Shown in pieces: positions 47,019 through 55,617 of a stretch of DNA of 64,000 bases. The first letter of the stretch is position 1, and each line of letters begins with the position of its first letter. Both the position numbers and the translations under genes were made by a program. The DNA comes from Bradymonadia bacterium. GTDB taxonomy: Bacteria; Myxococcota_A; Bradymonadia; UBA7976; UBA1532. The notes below the pieces were generated by a model. That model saw only the letters and a list, made by a program, of their open reading frames with translations, searched no databases and was not told the origin of the DNA. Location: positions 20,992-84,991 of the forward strand of contig JBKAGE010000073.1 in assembly GCA_046290225.1 (NCBI GenBank), read 5' to 3'.

Positions 47019-50000
47019 GCAGGTCGTCGAGTCGGTAGGCTGAGGCCTGCACTGCGGCGACCAGCTGGTCGTGTGTCACGTCCCCCTCGGGGCGGGCACA
47101 GATGCCGGACAGCAGCGAAACCCCCTCGAGCAGCATCTCCATCCGCTCTCCGTTGAACCACCGCACGCCCTCGTGTGTGTTCACCCTCAGCCAGCTCAGC
47201 CCCCGCTCGTGGGCCAGCAGGTGATGCAATCCCATGGCCGGTGGTCCGAGGCGTGTCGCCAGGGTGAGGGTCAGTGCCACCCAGTCGGTCGCCTCGATGT
47301 CCGAGTCCACCTGATGGGGTTGGGCTGTCTTGTCATCCTCAGTCGACGCGGGCTCGGTGAAGGCAACCTCCAGCACGTGCTGCAATCTCCACCACGACCA
47401 GAGCGTGCCGGCGTCGTCACGGCGCCGGGTGGCGTGAAGCACCTGGGCCAGGCGCACGGCACGAGCGAGGGCAGGGGAGGACACCCCGCTGAGATCGAGG
47501 GTGAGATCGAGGCGACTCACTAACTCTTCTGCAGTGGGTGTCTCTCCAGGGGCTTCAGCGAGGGCATTGGTGTAGGCCGACGACCACGCGGTGGGATCAG
47601 AACCGGCGACGAGGGGTTGAAGGGCGTCGCGGGTAAAGCAGGTGGAGACCGCCTCGTGGGTCGCCGCGAGCGTCTGCAGCCACCGGGCCTCGAAGGCGTT
47701 GGCCACCCCTGCGCCCTCGAGTGAGGCCCACAGCGACCACCAGTGCTCATCTGGAGCGTCGACGCGGCGCCAGTCGAGGAAGATTTGAGCCTCGTAGGGC
47801 CCCAGCGCGGCGAAGAAACCCTCTCGGGCGAGCTCACCACCCGTGCGTAGGTATTCCAGCTCGCTGTTTTGCTCTCGGAACACGTAGAGCGCCTCGTCGC
47901 TGGGATCGAGGTCGAGGGCCTCGATGAGGGTCCGGGTGACGAGGTGAGTCTCGCCTCCACCGGCCACGTTGATGGGGGCGCTCTCGGTGATGCGGCCGCC
48001 GGTGTGGCCAAAGCGGTTGTGATACAGCACCAGCGCGCGCTCGTCCCCGGCACGGTTGGTGAAGGCGTAGACGTGCTCGTCTACTCCGCTCTCGCCATGG
48101 AAGTCGTACAGCGCGAAGTGCGTGGCCTCGCTGAAGAGCGCCCGACGGCGCATCAGCGGGAACACCCGCACCCCGTGCCACGACACGAGGCCTTCGTCGG
48201 GCGTCTCGTCCCAGTAGGCGCGGCCATACTCCATGCCGTACTTCTCGGCGAAGCCCTCGATCTGGCCGTGGGCGATCATGGGCAGGCCGGGCAGGGTGAG
48301 CATGAGCTGACAGATGCCGAAGTACTTGTCGCCCTTGCCGAACTGCTCGATGGCGGTCTCTTCGTCGGGGTTCGACATGAAGTTGACGAAGCGCTTCAGA
48401 ATCTGGGGGCTGAAGGCGAGCACCTCTTTGATCGAGCTGCGATAGCCCGCGTTGTCCTCGTCTTTGAGCATGTGCATGAAGGCGCTGTTGTAGACCCGGT
48501 GCATGCCCAGCGTGCGTACGAAGTAGCCCTCCATCAGCCAGAAGGCCTCGGCGAGCAGCAGCGTGTCGGGGGCCTCGACGGCGACGCGGTCGACGACCTG
48601 ACGCCAGAACTCCTCGGGCATGGCGGCGTCGAAGTCCGCCTGCGTGAGCCCTCGAGCTGCCCGACTGGGGATGGCGCCACCCTCACCAGGGGGCGGGAAC
48701 CAGAGCCGCTGCACATGGCGTCGGGCAAGGGTCATGGCGGCGTCGAAGCGGATGATGGGGAACCGTCGAGCCACGTGCAAAATGCACTGAATCACCGCCT
48801 CGCGGGCTTCGGGGTTGAGGTAGTCGATCTGCGCGGTGTCATTCCACGGCATCTGCGTGCCGTCGTTGCCGTGATAGATGTACCGCGCCTCACCCGTGCC
48901 GTGATCCACCCGCTTGAAGACCACAGCGGCATCACGGCGATCCCAGTAGCCGTCTTCGAGGTACAGGCCCACGCCTGGATCCGGGCACAGATCGGGGCCA
49001 TCGAAGGTGTAGTTGGGGTAGGGCGGGGCATCGAGAGACAAGAACCGATCCGGCTGCTCGAGCATCCACCGGCTGTGGAGTCCGAAGTGGTTGGGCACCA
49101 TGTCTGCGGCGAGGCGAATGCCCCTGGCCGTGCACCGCGCCCGCAGATGATCGACGGCGCCCTCACCGCCGAGGGCCTCGGCGACGCTGTAGTCGTAGAG
49201 CGAGTAGGCCGAGGCTCGAGCCTCAGGGTTCCCCGAGCGACGCTTGATGGTCTGTGAGGCTTCCGAACGGGTCCAGACGCCGATGAGCCACAAACCGGTA
49301 AAGCCCGCCTCGGCGAGGGCGTCGAGGGCCTCGTCGGGGATCTGGTCGAGCCGGGTGATGGCTCGACGATATTGCCGGGAGAGCTGGTCGAGCCACACAT
49401 AGGTCTGCTTGGCGATGAGCACCACTTGGCTCATCCAGTCTCCGTCTTCGGAGAAGCGCTCGATCTCTTCGTCGGCGGCATAGACGACGCCCGGGCCCTG
49501 CACCGGGCCCGGTCCGTGCCCTCTGAAGCGATGAGCCTCCTGCAACACATCTTGAGCGCGGAGCAGGGCTGACTGGAGCGTCTCGGGCAGCTGCCAGTGG
49601 CCCAGAATGTAGGTGAGCTGCCCTGCGAGATCGTCCGGGCTGGCCTTGTGTGGGGCCGTGAGCGTGGCCCACAGGCTCATGCCTTCGGCGCCGCCCACGG
49701 GACCCTCGCCATCGAGGGCGCTGATGAGTGCCGCGGTGAGCTGTCGGTGACCGACGGCGGCGTTGAGGCCCCGATCGTCGAAGAGCATACCGATGGGGTT
49801 GAGGGCGTGGTTGTCGAGCTGAACCGCCAGCAACACCAGCTCTTCGAGCAGGTCGTGGCGTGGATCCTCCCCCGTCTCCGAGGGGCGGTGCAGCCAGCGA
49901 GCGGCGGAGTCCCCCTGGCGCACGGCCGCCGGAGGGAATGCCTCGGCGAAGGCCTCAAGGATCACCTGCGTGCGCTCCCCGAGCCGCCCCTCCACGTCAC

Positions 50001-50295
50001 CCAGTGCCCGCGTGAGGGCGCCCGGGCGATCGAGGCGCAGGTGGCGCACGACGACGAAGCGCAAGACTTCGCTGAGCAACGCCGCCGTAGACATCAGCGC
50101 GGCGTCACCGAGGGTGGAGCCGAGGGCGAGCAGGGCACCCTGGCGACGCCCCTCGGGGGCATCGGCGATGAGGGCGTCGATGTGGTGCGTGCGCCACGCA
50201 TCGGCGGAGATGAGCACACCGAGGGGCGCGTATGCCGTGGGCTCGATTGCAGCATCGAGCTGCAGGCGCTGGGGCGATAGCCGTGCTGAAGGCAT
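46990..50295 (-). CDS. Alpha-amylase family glycoside hydrolase (GH13)
   Basis: GLWLIGVW, DMVPNH, IRFDAAM, LAEAFW, FMSNPDE. Confidence 0.88.
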   Translation of the reverse strand: MPSARLSPQRLQLDAAIEPTAYAPLGVLISADAWRTHHIDALIADAPEGRRQGALLALGSTLGDAALMSTAALLSEVLRFVVVRHLRLDRPGALTRALGDVEGRLGERTQVILEAFAEAFPPAAVRQGDSAARWLHRPSETGEDPRHDLLEELVLLAVQLDNHALNPIGMLFDDRGLNAAVGHRQLTAALISALDGEGPVGGAEGMSLWATLTAPHKASPDDLAGQLTYILGHWQLPETLQSALLRAQDVLQEAHRFRGHGPGPVQGPGVVYAADEEIERFSEDGDWMSQVVLIAKQTYVWLDQLSRQYRRAITRLDQIPDEALDALAEAGFTGLWLIGVWTRSEASQTIKRRSGNPEARASAYSLYDYSVAEALGGEGAVDHLRARCTARGIRLAADMVPNHFGLHSRWMLEQPDRFLSLDAPPYPNYTFDGPDLCPDPGVGLYLEDGYWDRRDAAVVFKRVDHGTGEARYIYHGNDGTQMPWNDTAQIDYLNPEAREAVIQCILHVARRFPIIRFDAAMTLARRHVQRLWFPPPGEGGAIPSRAARGLTQADFDAAMPEEFWRQVVDRVAVEAPDTLLLAEAFWLMEGYFVRTLGMHRVYNSAFMHMLKDEDNAGYRSSIKEVLAFSPQILKRFVNFMSNPDEETAIEQFGKGDKYFGICQLMLTLPGLPMIAHGQIEGFAEKYGMEYGRAYWDETPDEGLVSWHGVRVFPLMRRRALFSEATHFALYDFHGESGVDEHVYAFTNRAGDERALVLYHNRFGHTGGRITESAPINVAGGGETHLVTRTLIEALDLDPSDEALYVFREQNSELEYLRTGGELAREGFFAALGPYEAQIFLDWRRVDAPDEHWWSLWASLEGAGVANAFEARWLQTLAATHEAVSTCFTRDALQPLVAGSDPTAWSSAYTNALAEAPGETPTAEELVSRLDLTLDLSGVSSPALARAVRLAQVLHATRRRDDAGTLWSWWRLQHVLEVAFTEPASTEDDKTAQPHQVDSDIEATDWVALTLTLATRLGPPAMGLHHLLAHERGLSWLRVNTHEGVRWFNGERMEMLLEGVSLLSGICARPEGDVTHDQLVAAVQASAYRLDDLLSALSPEAP

Positions 50296-50649
50296 GGATC
50301 CTCTCTGAGCGACGGGGGCTGAGTCGTTCAGGGAGCATACCTCCGGAAAAAAATCGCGCTCGAAAAAAAGAATCCGTGTCGAAAGCTGTAGCACTACAGC
50401 GAAGACCTTGATGTGACACAGCGCGTTGGAGAGCCCCGATGTATCCCTCACCTGCCTTCATCACCGTATTGCTCTTCGCGCTCTCGACACTGTCGATCGG
50501 CTGAGTTCAGGCGCCTGTCAGGGCCAGGGGCTGGAGGCTGTCGGGAGAGGGCGCCTTCAGCCCCCACAAGGGGGATGTCGGCGGTGGGGGGTTTCAGGAC
50601 AGCGCATCGATCACACGCTGCCCTGGAGCTCCCCACCTGACGGGTGGGC

Positions 50650-51363
50650 TCAGTGGAGGACGGGGCTCAGGTGTGCACCACAGGAGCTGCAGGTGGTGTG
50701 CCCCACGGGGATCGGCGCCCTGCAGAGGCGATCCCCGCAGACGCGGTGTCGAACCCGACGCTGATACAGGCGCCCGGCCACCAGACCCATCCCCGTCAGC
50801 AGCATGCCGACGACCTGCGAAGCGATGTGGCTCTGGGTGAGGATGAAGCCCGTGACGCCGCCGATGAGCGTGCCGATCACCAGCGCTATGGGCCCCGGCA
50901 CCGTGGAGATGGGGGTGACCGCACGCTTCTGGTTCCAGTGGAGCTTGAGATCCACGCCGTGGATCGAGGCCCGATCGACGAGGGCGCGCAAGAAGCCCAT
51001 ATGGTTGCGATTGGTGAGCCAGTACCCGAGCACGTGGCTGAAGAAGCCGTGCCAGCGCAGCCCGCTGATGCGTCCCATCCTGCTGCGGATCTCGCCGGGC
51101 AGGGCCGCCTCGACGGCCTGGCGGAGGTCGAAGGCTGCCTCGGAGGCCAGCTCGTCGAAGAACTCCACGCCGCCCTGAGGGTGCACCTTGAAGCCCAGCC
51201 GGGCCACCCGGGGCTCCAGGGCCTCGATGGCGCCAGCGATCTGGGCGAGGTGCTCGGGGCCGATGGCCACCATCTCCGCTTCTCCGCTGAAGGCGGAGAC
51301 CTGACCTCGACGGCGGGCGGGGGTGCGCATGGTCTGGGCTCTCGTCATTGTGGGCGTGCTCAC
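50650..51363 (-). CDS. Membrane protein with C-terminal zinc ribbon
   Basis: Two TM helices followed by CGDRLC...CSSCG. Overlaps the trxA stop. Confidence 0.6.
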   Translation of the reverse strand: MSTPTMTRAQTMRTPARRRGQVSAFSGEAEMVAIGPEHLAQIAGAIEALEPRVARLGFKVHPQGGVEFFDELASEAAFDLRQAVEAALPGEIRSRMGRISGLRWHGFFSHVLGYWLTNRNHMGFLRALVDRASIHGVDLKLHWNQKRAVTPISTVPGPIALVIGTLIGGVTGFILTQSHIASQVVGMLLTGMGLVAGRLYQRRVRHRVCGDRLCRAPIPVGHTTCSSCGAHLSPVLH

Positions 51364-51686
51364 ACGAGGGCCTGCTTGAAGAGCCCCTCGACGGCCTGGC
51401 GGCCCTTGAAGCCTACCATGTTCCCCACCACCTTGCCCTCGCGGATGCTGAAGAGGGCGGGGATGCCCCTCACCTGAAACGCCTCGGCGATCTGCGGGTT
51501 GTCGTCCACGTTCACCTTGGCCACCTTCACCTGACCGTCATAGCTCTGGGCGAGCTCGTCGAGCACGGGGGCGATGTTGCGGCACGGGCCACACCAGGGG
51601 GCCCAGAAGTCGACCACCACGGGGACCTCGGACTCGAGGACCTCGCTCTTGAAGTTGGTCAGATCGATGTTGATGGGGGCGCTCAT
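51360..51686 (-). CDS. trxA: Thioredoxin
   Basis: DFWAPWCGPC, 108 aa. Confidence 0.97.
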   Translation of the reverse strand: MSAPINIDLTNFKSEVLESEVPVVVDFWAPWCGPCRNIAPVLDELAQSYDGQVKVAKVNVDDNPQIAEAFQVRGIPALFSIREGKVVGNMVGFKGRQAVEGLFKQALV

Positions 51687-51742
51687 GGCAAGACTCCATT
51701 GTTCGGTTTGGTGAGTGAGATGCCAGAGCGTGGAGAAGGGTC

Positions 51743-53203
51743 TCAGGCCGTCTCTTCGTCACCGCGGCGGGCCGCCATGATCTCCACGAAGGAGCGCCCT
51801 TGGATTTCGTCTACGGTGAGCCCGGTGGCTTCGACTTCTTCTGCGGTGATGGCGCCACAGGCCAGAGCCCGGGCGAAGGCGTTGAGCAGCCCCTGCCCTG
51901 TAGCGGCGTCGTCGAAGACCTCACCGACGAGGGTGGCCTTGGTGGCCTGCTCGATGAAGTTCGACAGGCGAGCCGAAGAGGCGGCGAGGCTCTCGAGGAA
52001 GAAGGCGTAGTTGGCTGCGTAGCGCACCGGCAGTTGGGCGGGGTGCAGGTCCCAGCCCTGGTAGATGCCAGATCGCAGGCTGTGGCGGGTGTGCTCGAAG
52101 GCGAGCCGCCAGGCCCGGTGTACCACCGCGGCGTTCTCCCGCACCTGCTCGGGATCGTCGGTGCCCACGGGGTGAGGGGGCACCGGCAGGATGTTGGTGG
52201 CGCCATCGGAGATGCGGATCCCCGTACCGGCGAGGGCCACCTGCATCATGGAGCGAGCGAAGTCGCAGGCGGGGTGCTCCATGCCCTGGTGGGCGGCGGT
52301 GATGCCACACGAGGCGGTGTAGTCGTACACCCCGAAGTGGGCGCCGACGCAGCGCGCCCCTGCAGCCTGGAACAGGCCCGGCAGAGGGCTCTCCCCCTCG
52401 AGACCCACGATGTTCTGAGCCAGCTCGATCATCAGCTCGAGCTTCAGCGAGCCTGAGGCGAGGCCCGAGGCGGACTCGAACTCGTCGAGCAGAGCCACAA
52501 AGGTCTCCACCTGACCGCGATGCTGGATCTTGGGCAGAGTGATGACGAAGCCTGGAGGCAGCTGGCCCCCCGTGGCCTCGAGCAGACCTGTGAGACACAA
52601 GTCGAGGGTGCGCAGCGAGCGGGCCTTGTGGGCCTCGGTGAGGGGCTTGATCCGCAGACCCACGTGAGGCGGGAGCGTACCGTCCTCAAAGCCCTTGGCC
52701 AGCGCCTGCGACACTGCGAGGGCGGTGGCGTCTTCTTCGTCGCCGGGCCGCAAGCCAAAGCCGTCCTCGAAGTCGATGCGGAAGTCCTCCACGGGCTCCC
52801 GGGCCAGCTTCTCCTGCACTCGACCGTACACGGTACATGCCAGCCAGACCGCCTGGTCCGTGGCGTCTTTCGAATCCGCGAGCCCTCGCGGATCTGCAGC
52901 GAAGGCTTCGATGAGTGCGTTGCCCTGGTCGCTCCCGGCCACAGGGAGAGCGCTGGCCCTCGGCAAGCCGACTGCACGGGCAAAGGTCAGCGGATCCGGG
53001 CCGAAGGCCTCCATGGCGGCGATGGCCTTCTCGCCGAGGCGCACCGCGGTGTTCGGCCGGAACAGATGAGCACCCCCATAGACCGTGTGGATCGGCTGGC
53101 GTCCGGGCGGATCACCGGGGTAGCGACGAAGGAAGGCCTCGTTGGCCGGCGAGAGGGGGCTCAGCCGGCTCTCGATCAGCTCGGAGCTCAGGGTGGTGCG
53201 CAT
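51743..53203 (-). CDS. HpcH/HpaI aldolase / citrate lyase-like protein (DUF6986-like)
   Basis: RQPIHTVYGG, DFRIDFEDG, HFGVYDY, SDGATN, QGWDLHPAQL. Confidence 0.8.
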   Translation of the reverse strand: MRTTLSSELIESRLSPLSPANEAFLRRYPGDPPGRQPIHTVYGGAHLFRPNTAVRLGEKAIAAMEAFGPDPLTFARAVGLPRASALPVAGSDQGNALIEAFAADPRGLADSKDATDQAVWLACTVYGRVQEKLAREPVEDFRIDFEDGFGLRPGDEEDATALAVSQALAKGFEDGTLPPHVGLRIKPLTEAHKARSLRTLDLCLTGLLEATGGQLPPGFVITLPKIQHRGQVETFVALLDEFESASGLASGSLKLELMIELAQNIVGLEGESPLPGLFQAAGARCVGAHFGVYDYTASCGITAAHQGMEHPACDFARSMMQVALAGTGIRISDGATNILPVPPHPVGTDDPEQVRENAAVVHRAWRLAFEHTRHSLRSGIYQGWDLHPAQLPVRYAANYAFFLESLAASSARLSNFIEQATKATLVGEVFDDAATGQGLLNAFARALACGAITAEEVEATGLTVDEIQGRSFVEIMAARRGDEETA

Positions 53204-53281
53204 GGAACCTCGCAGTGGGGATCATCTCGTGAGAAGTGTCGGTGTACGATGCTGTTGTACGATCTTCAACCGCAGGTGCCT

Positions 53282-54028
53282 ATGCCTTCTCCTCTCATCG
53301 GTGTGACCCTCGACATCGAACCCCCTGGTGGGTTCTCTCAGAAGCCGTGGTACGCCATCCGCGTGAACTATGCTGCTGCCGTAGCCGCTGCTGGGGGTTT
53401 GCCGGTCATGCTCCCCCACGATGTAGATCAGGTGGATGCCTACCTCGATCGCCTCGACGGGGTGATCATCAGCGGTGGGGCCTTCGATCTCGATCCAGCA
53501 CTCTTCGGCGCCGAGACTCGACATCCCACCGTGACCACCAAGACCACCCGAACCGACTTCGAATGGGCCCTGTGTCGTGGGGCGCTCGACCGCGCCATGC
53601 CCGTGCTGGGCATCTGTGGGGGCCTGCAGCTGATGAACGTGGCTCTCGGAGGCACACTGATTCAGCACATCCCTGACGAGATCGACGACGCCCTGGCCCA
53701 CGAGCAGCCGAACCCCCGGGACGAGCCAGGCCACGCCGTAGAGATCGTGCCGGAGACGTTGCTCCATCAGCTGGTGGGCCGAGCGCGCCTCGACGTGAAC
53801 AGCGCGCACCATCAGGCCCCTGGGCAGGTGGCGCCTGGGGCCATCGTGAGCGCTCGAGCCCCGGACGGTGTCATCGAGGCCATCGAGTGGCCAGAGCATC
53901 GGTGGTGTCTGGGGGTTCAGTGGCACCCGGAGTATCTGATCAGCAGTGCAGAGGCTGCGATCTTCCGGGGGTTGGTGAGGGCTGCTGCAGGCATCGAGCA
54001 GGATCTGACGGACGATCAGGGCCGGTAG
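53282..54028 (+). CDS. Gamma-glutamyl-gamma-aminobutyrate hydrolase family (peptidase C26, PuuD-like)
   Basis: GGLPVMLP, LGICGGLQLMNVALGGTL, VNSAHHQ, GVQWHPE. Confidence 0.92.
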   Translation: MPSPLIGVTLDIEPPGGFSQKPWYAIRVNYAAAVAAAGGLPVMLPHDVDQVDAYLDRLDGVIISGGAFDLDPALFGAETRHPTVTTKTTRTDFEWALCRGALDRAMPVLGICGGLQLMNVALGGTLIQHIPDEIDDALAHEQPNPRDEPGHAVEIVPETLLHQLVGRARLDVNSAHHQAPGQVAPGAIVSARAPDGVIEAIEWPEHRWCLGVQWHPEYLISSAEAAIFRGLVRAAAGIEQDLTDDQGR

Positions 54029-55515
54029 GCTTCACCGGGGGTGCCGAAGCCCCCTTCGCCGTAGCGCTCGTTGGCCTCGGCCCACGAGGCGCCCTCGCGG
54101 TTGTCGGCGGCGCGCTCCACGAGCTCGAGGCTGCGACCTGCGTCGCGGAAGGGCCAGGGCTCTCGGGGCTCGTAACGGACCTGGTCGATGAGGTTGTCCT
54201 CAGCATCGAAGATGAGCACCGAGCCGTCGCCGTTGGGCAGGAACAAGTCACCGAGATCAGCCTGGGCTCTCACCCCACCATTGATGTCGGACTGAATCTC
54301 CGCGGCGAGCACATAGAAGCTCCGCGGGGGAATGCTCCCGGAGAGAGGGGCGGTGTTCCCGGCGCAATCCTGTACCCGCCAGCCGTTCACCGGCAGCGGG
54401 TTGCCGCTGGGGTTGTAGATCTCCACGAACTCACGGCTCTGATCGTCCCCGCTGGGGTTGTTCTGGATCTCGGTGATGATCAGCTGGCCGGTCTCGAAGG
54501 CGTCGGGCTCCACCGGGCACTCCGCCGTCTCGCACTTGTCGGGTACACCGCCGCAGTACACCCACTCGAGATCGTCGTCGCCTCGAGGGAGGATCTTCTG
54601 CTGACCGAAGTTGAAGTGCACAGCCCCCACGAGGCGGGTGAGCACGTCACCCTGAGAGGGTGCATAGTCGAAGGGGGCCTCGTCGTCGACGCGCATGCCG
54701 CCAGTGACCAGGAACTGCCCGAACTCAGAGGGGCAGTCCGGGGCAGTGTTGAGCACCCGCACGTTCTCCACGGCGACGATGAGCGACTCCATGGGCTCGA
54801 CGAGATCGCCGCCATCGGCGAGGCGGGCAGGGTCAGCCACGACGAGAGGCTCCGGGGCGGGCCCTTGACCGAGGATCTCCAGGCCGTCGTCGCTCTGCAG
54901 CACCAGCTCGGTGATGGTGAAGAAGTCGATGAGCTGACCAGACAGCCGGACGATGGAGCCTGGCACCAGCCCGTCGGTGTTCACCCGGGCGCGGTTGAAG
55001 ACCCACAGGCCGCTGTACGCGCCGCCCTCGGGATCCTGAACCGTGAAGGCGTCGCCGTAGACGCCCGTGACGATGGCTTCGTTGAAGGTGGTGTCGATGC
55101 CGGGCTGGCGATCGGGCAGGTTCATGAAGTCGGGGCAACGTTGATCGCGGATGTCGCGAATGCGCAGCGGCCCACCTGGCTGACGACAGCGTGCGTCGAG
55201 CACGAAGGGGCTGTCCGAGGGCATTGGTCCGGGATCGAAGCAGATGTCGGGGCGCCCCGAATCGGGGATCGGCGCCGCATCAGCGAGTTCGAAGTCGGTC
55301 ACACCCGCGTCGCCCACAAGAGCAGCATCCGAGCCCTCGTCTGGAACCTCGGCGTCTGGCGGAGACATGTCCGGATCTGTGTTGAGTTCACGACCCATGT
55401 CGGGGCGACCACCGGCGACGGTGGGACCGCTGTCAGAGTCGTCTTCACAGCCCGTGCTCAGGAGCAGCGCGAAGGCGGTGAGGAGAATCGTGGCTGAGAT
55501 CTTCGAGGCGTTCAT
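54016..55515 (-). CDS. Lipoprotein with OB-fold-like region and lamin-tail domain
   Basis: Lipobox STGC. FTVQDPEGGAYSGLWVF. Lamin-tail motifs IITEIQNNP...EFVEIYN...GTPG. Confidence 0.78.
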   Translation of the reverse strand: MNASKISATILLTAFALLLSTGCEDDSDSGPTVAGGRPDMGRELNTDPDMSPPDAEVPDEGSDAALVGDAGVTDFELADAAPIPDSGRPDICFDPGPMPSDSPFVLDARCRQPGGPLRIRDIRDQRCPDFMNLPDRQPGIDTTFNEAIVTGVYGDAFTVQDPEGGAYSGLWVFNRARVNTDGLVPGSIVRLSGQLIDFFTITELVLQSDDGLEILGQGPAPEPLVVADPARLADGGDLVEPMESLIVAVENVRVLNTAPDCPSEFGQFLVTGGMRVDDEAPFDYAPSQGDVLTRLVGAVHFNFGQQKILPRGDDDLEWVYCGGVPDKCETAECPVEPDAFETGQLIITEIQNNPSGDDQSREFVEIYNPSGNPLPVNGWRVQDCAGNTAPLSGSIPPRSFYVLAAEIQSDINGGVRAQADLGDLFLPNGDGSVLIFDAEDNLIDQVRYEPREPWPFRDAGRSLELVERAADNREGASWAEANERYGEGGFGTPGEAYRP

Positions 55516-55617
55516 GCCCGCGAAGGGTAAGGACGAGGCCCGGTCGAGGCAAATGACAAATGCTCGAATGCTCAGATTGTGACGTAATCGTCGGCCCGTA
55601 GAGGGCGAATTTCGGCC

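Noticed and set aside
50586..50650. Hairpins downstream of the trxA operon as an ncRNA
   Set aside because: GC-rich stems just after a stop codon are most simply a terminator or stabiliser, and nothing else supports an RNA gene.
52520..53281. N-terminal 254-aa extension of the C26 hydrolase ORF
   Set aside because: It overlaps the aldolase gene on the opposite strand. Family similarity begins at MPSPLIGV (53282).
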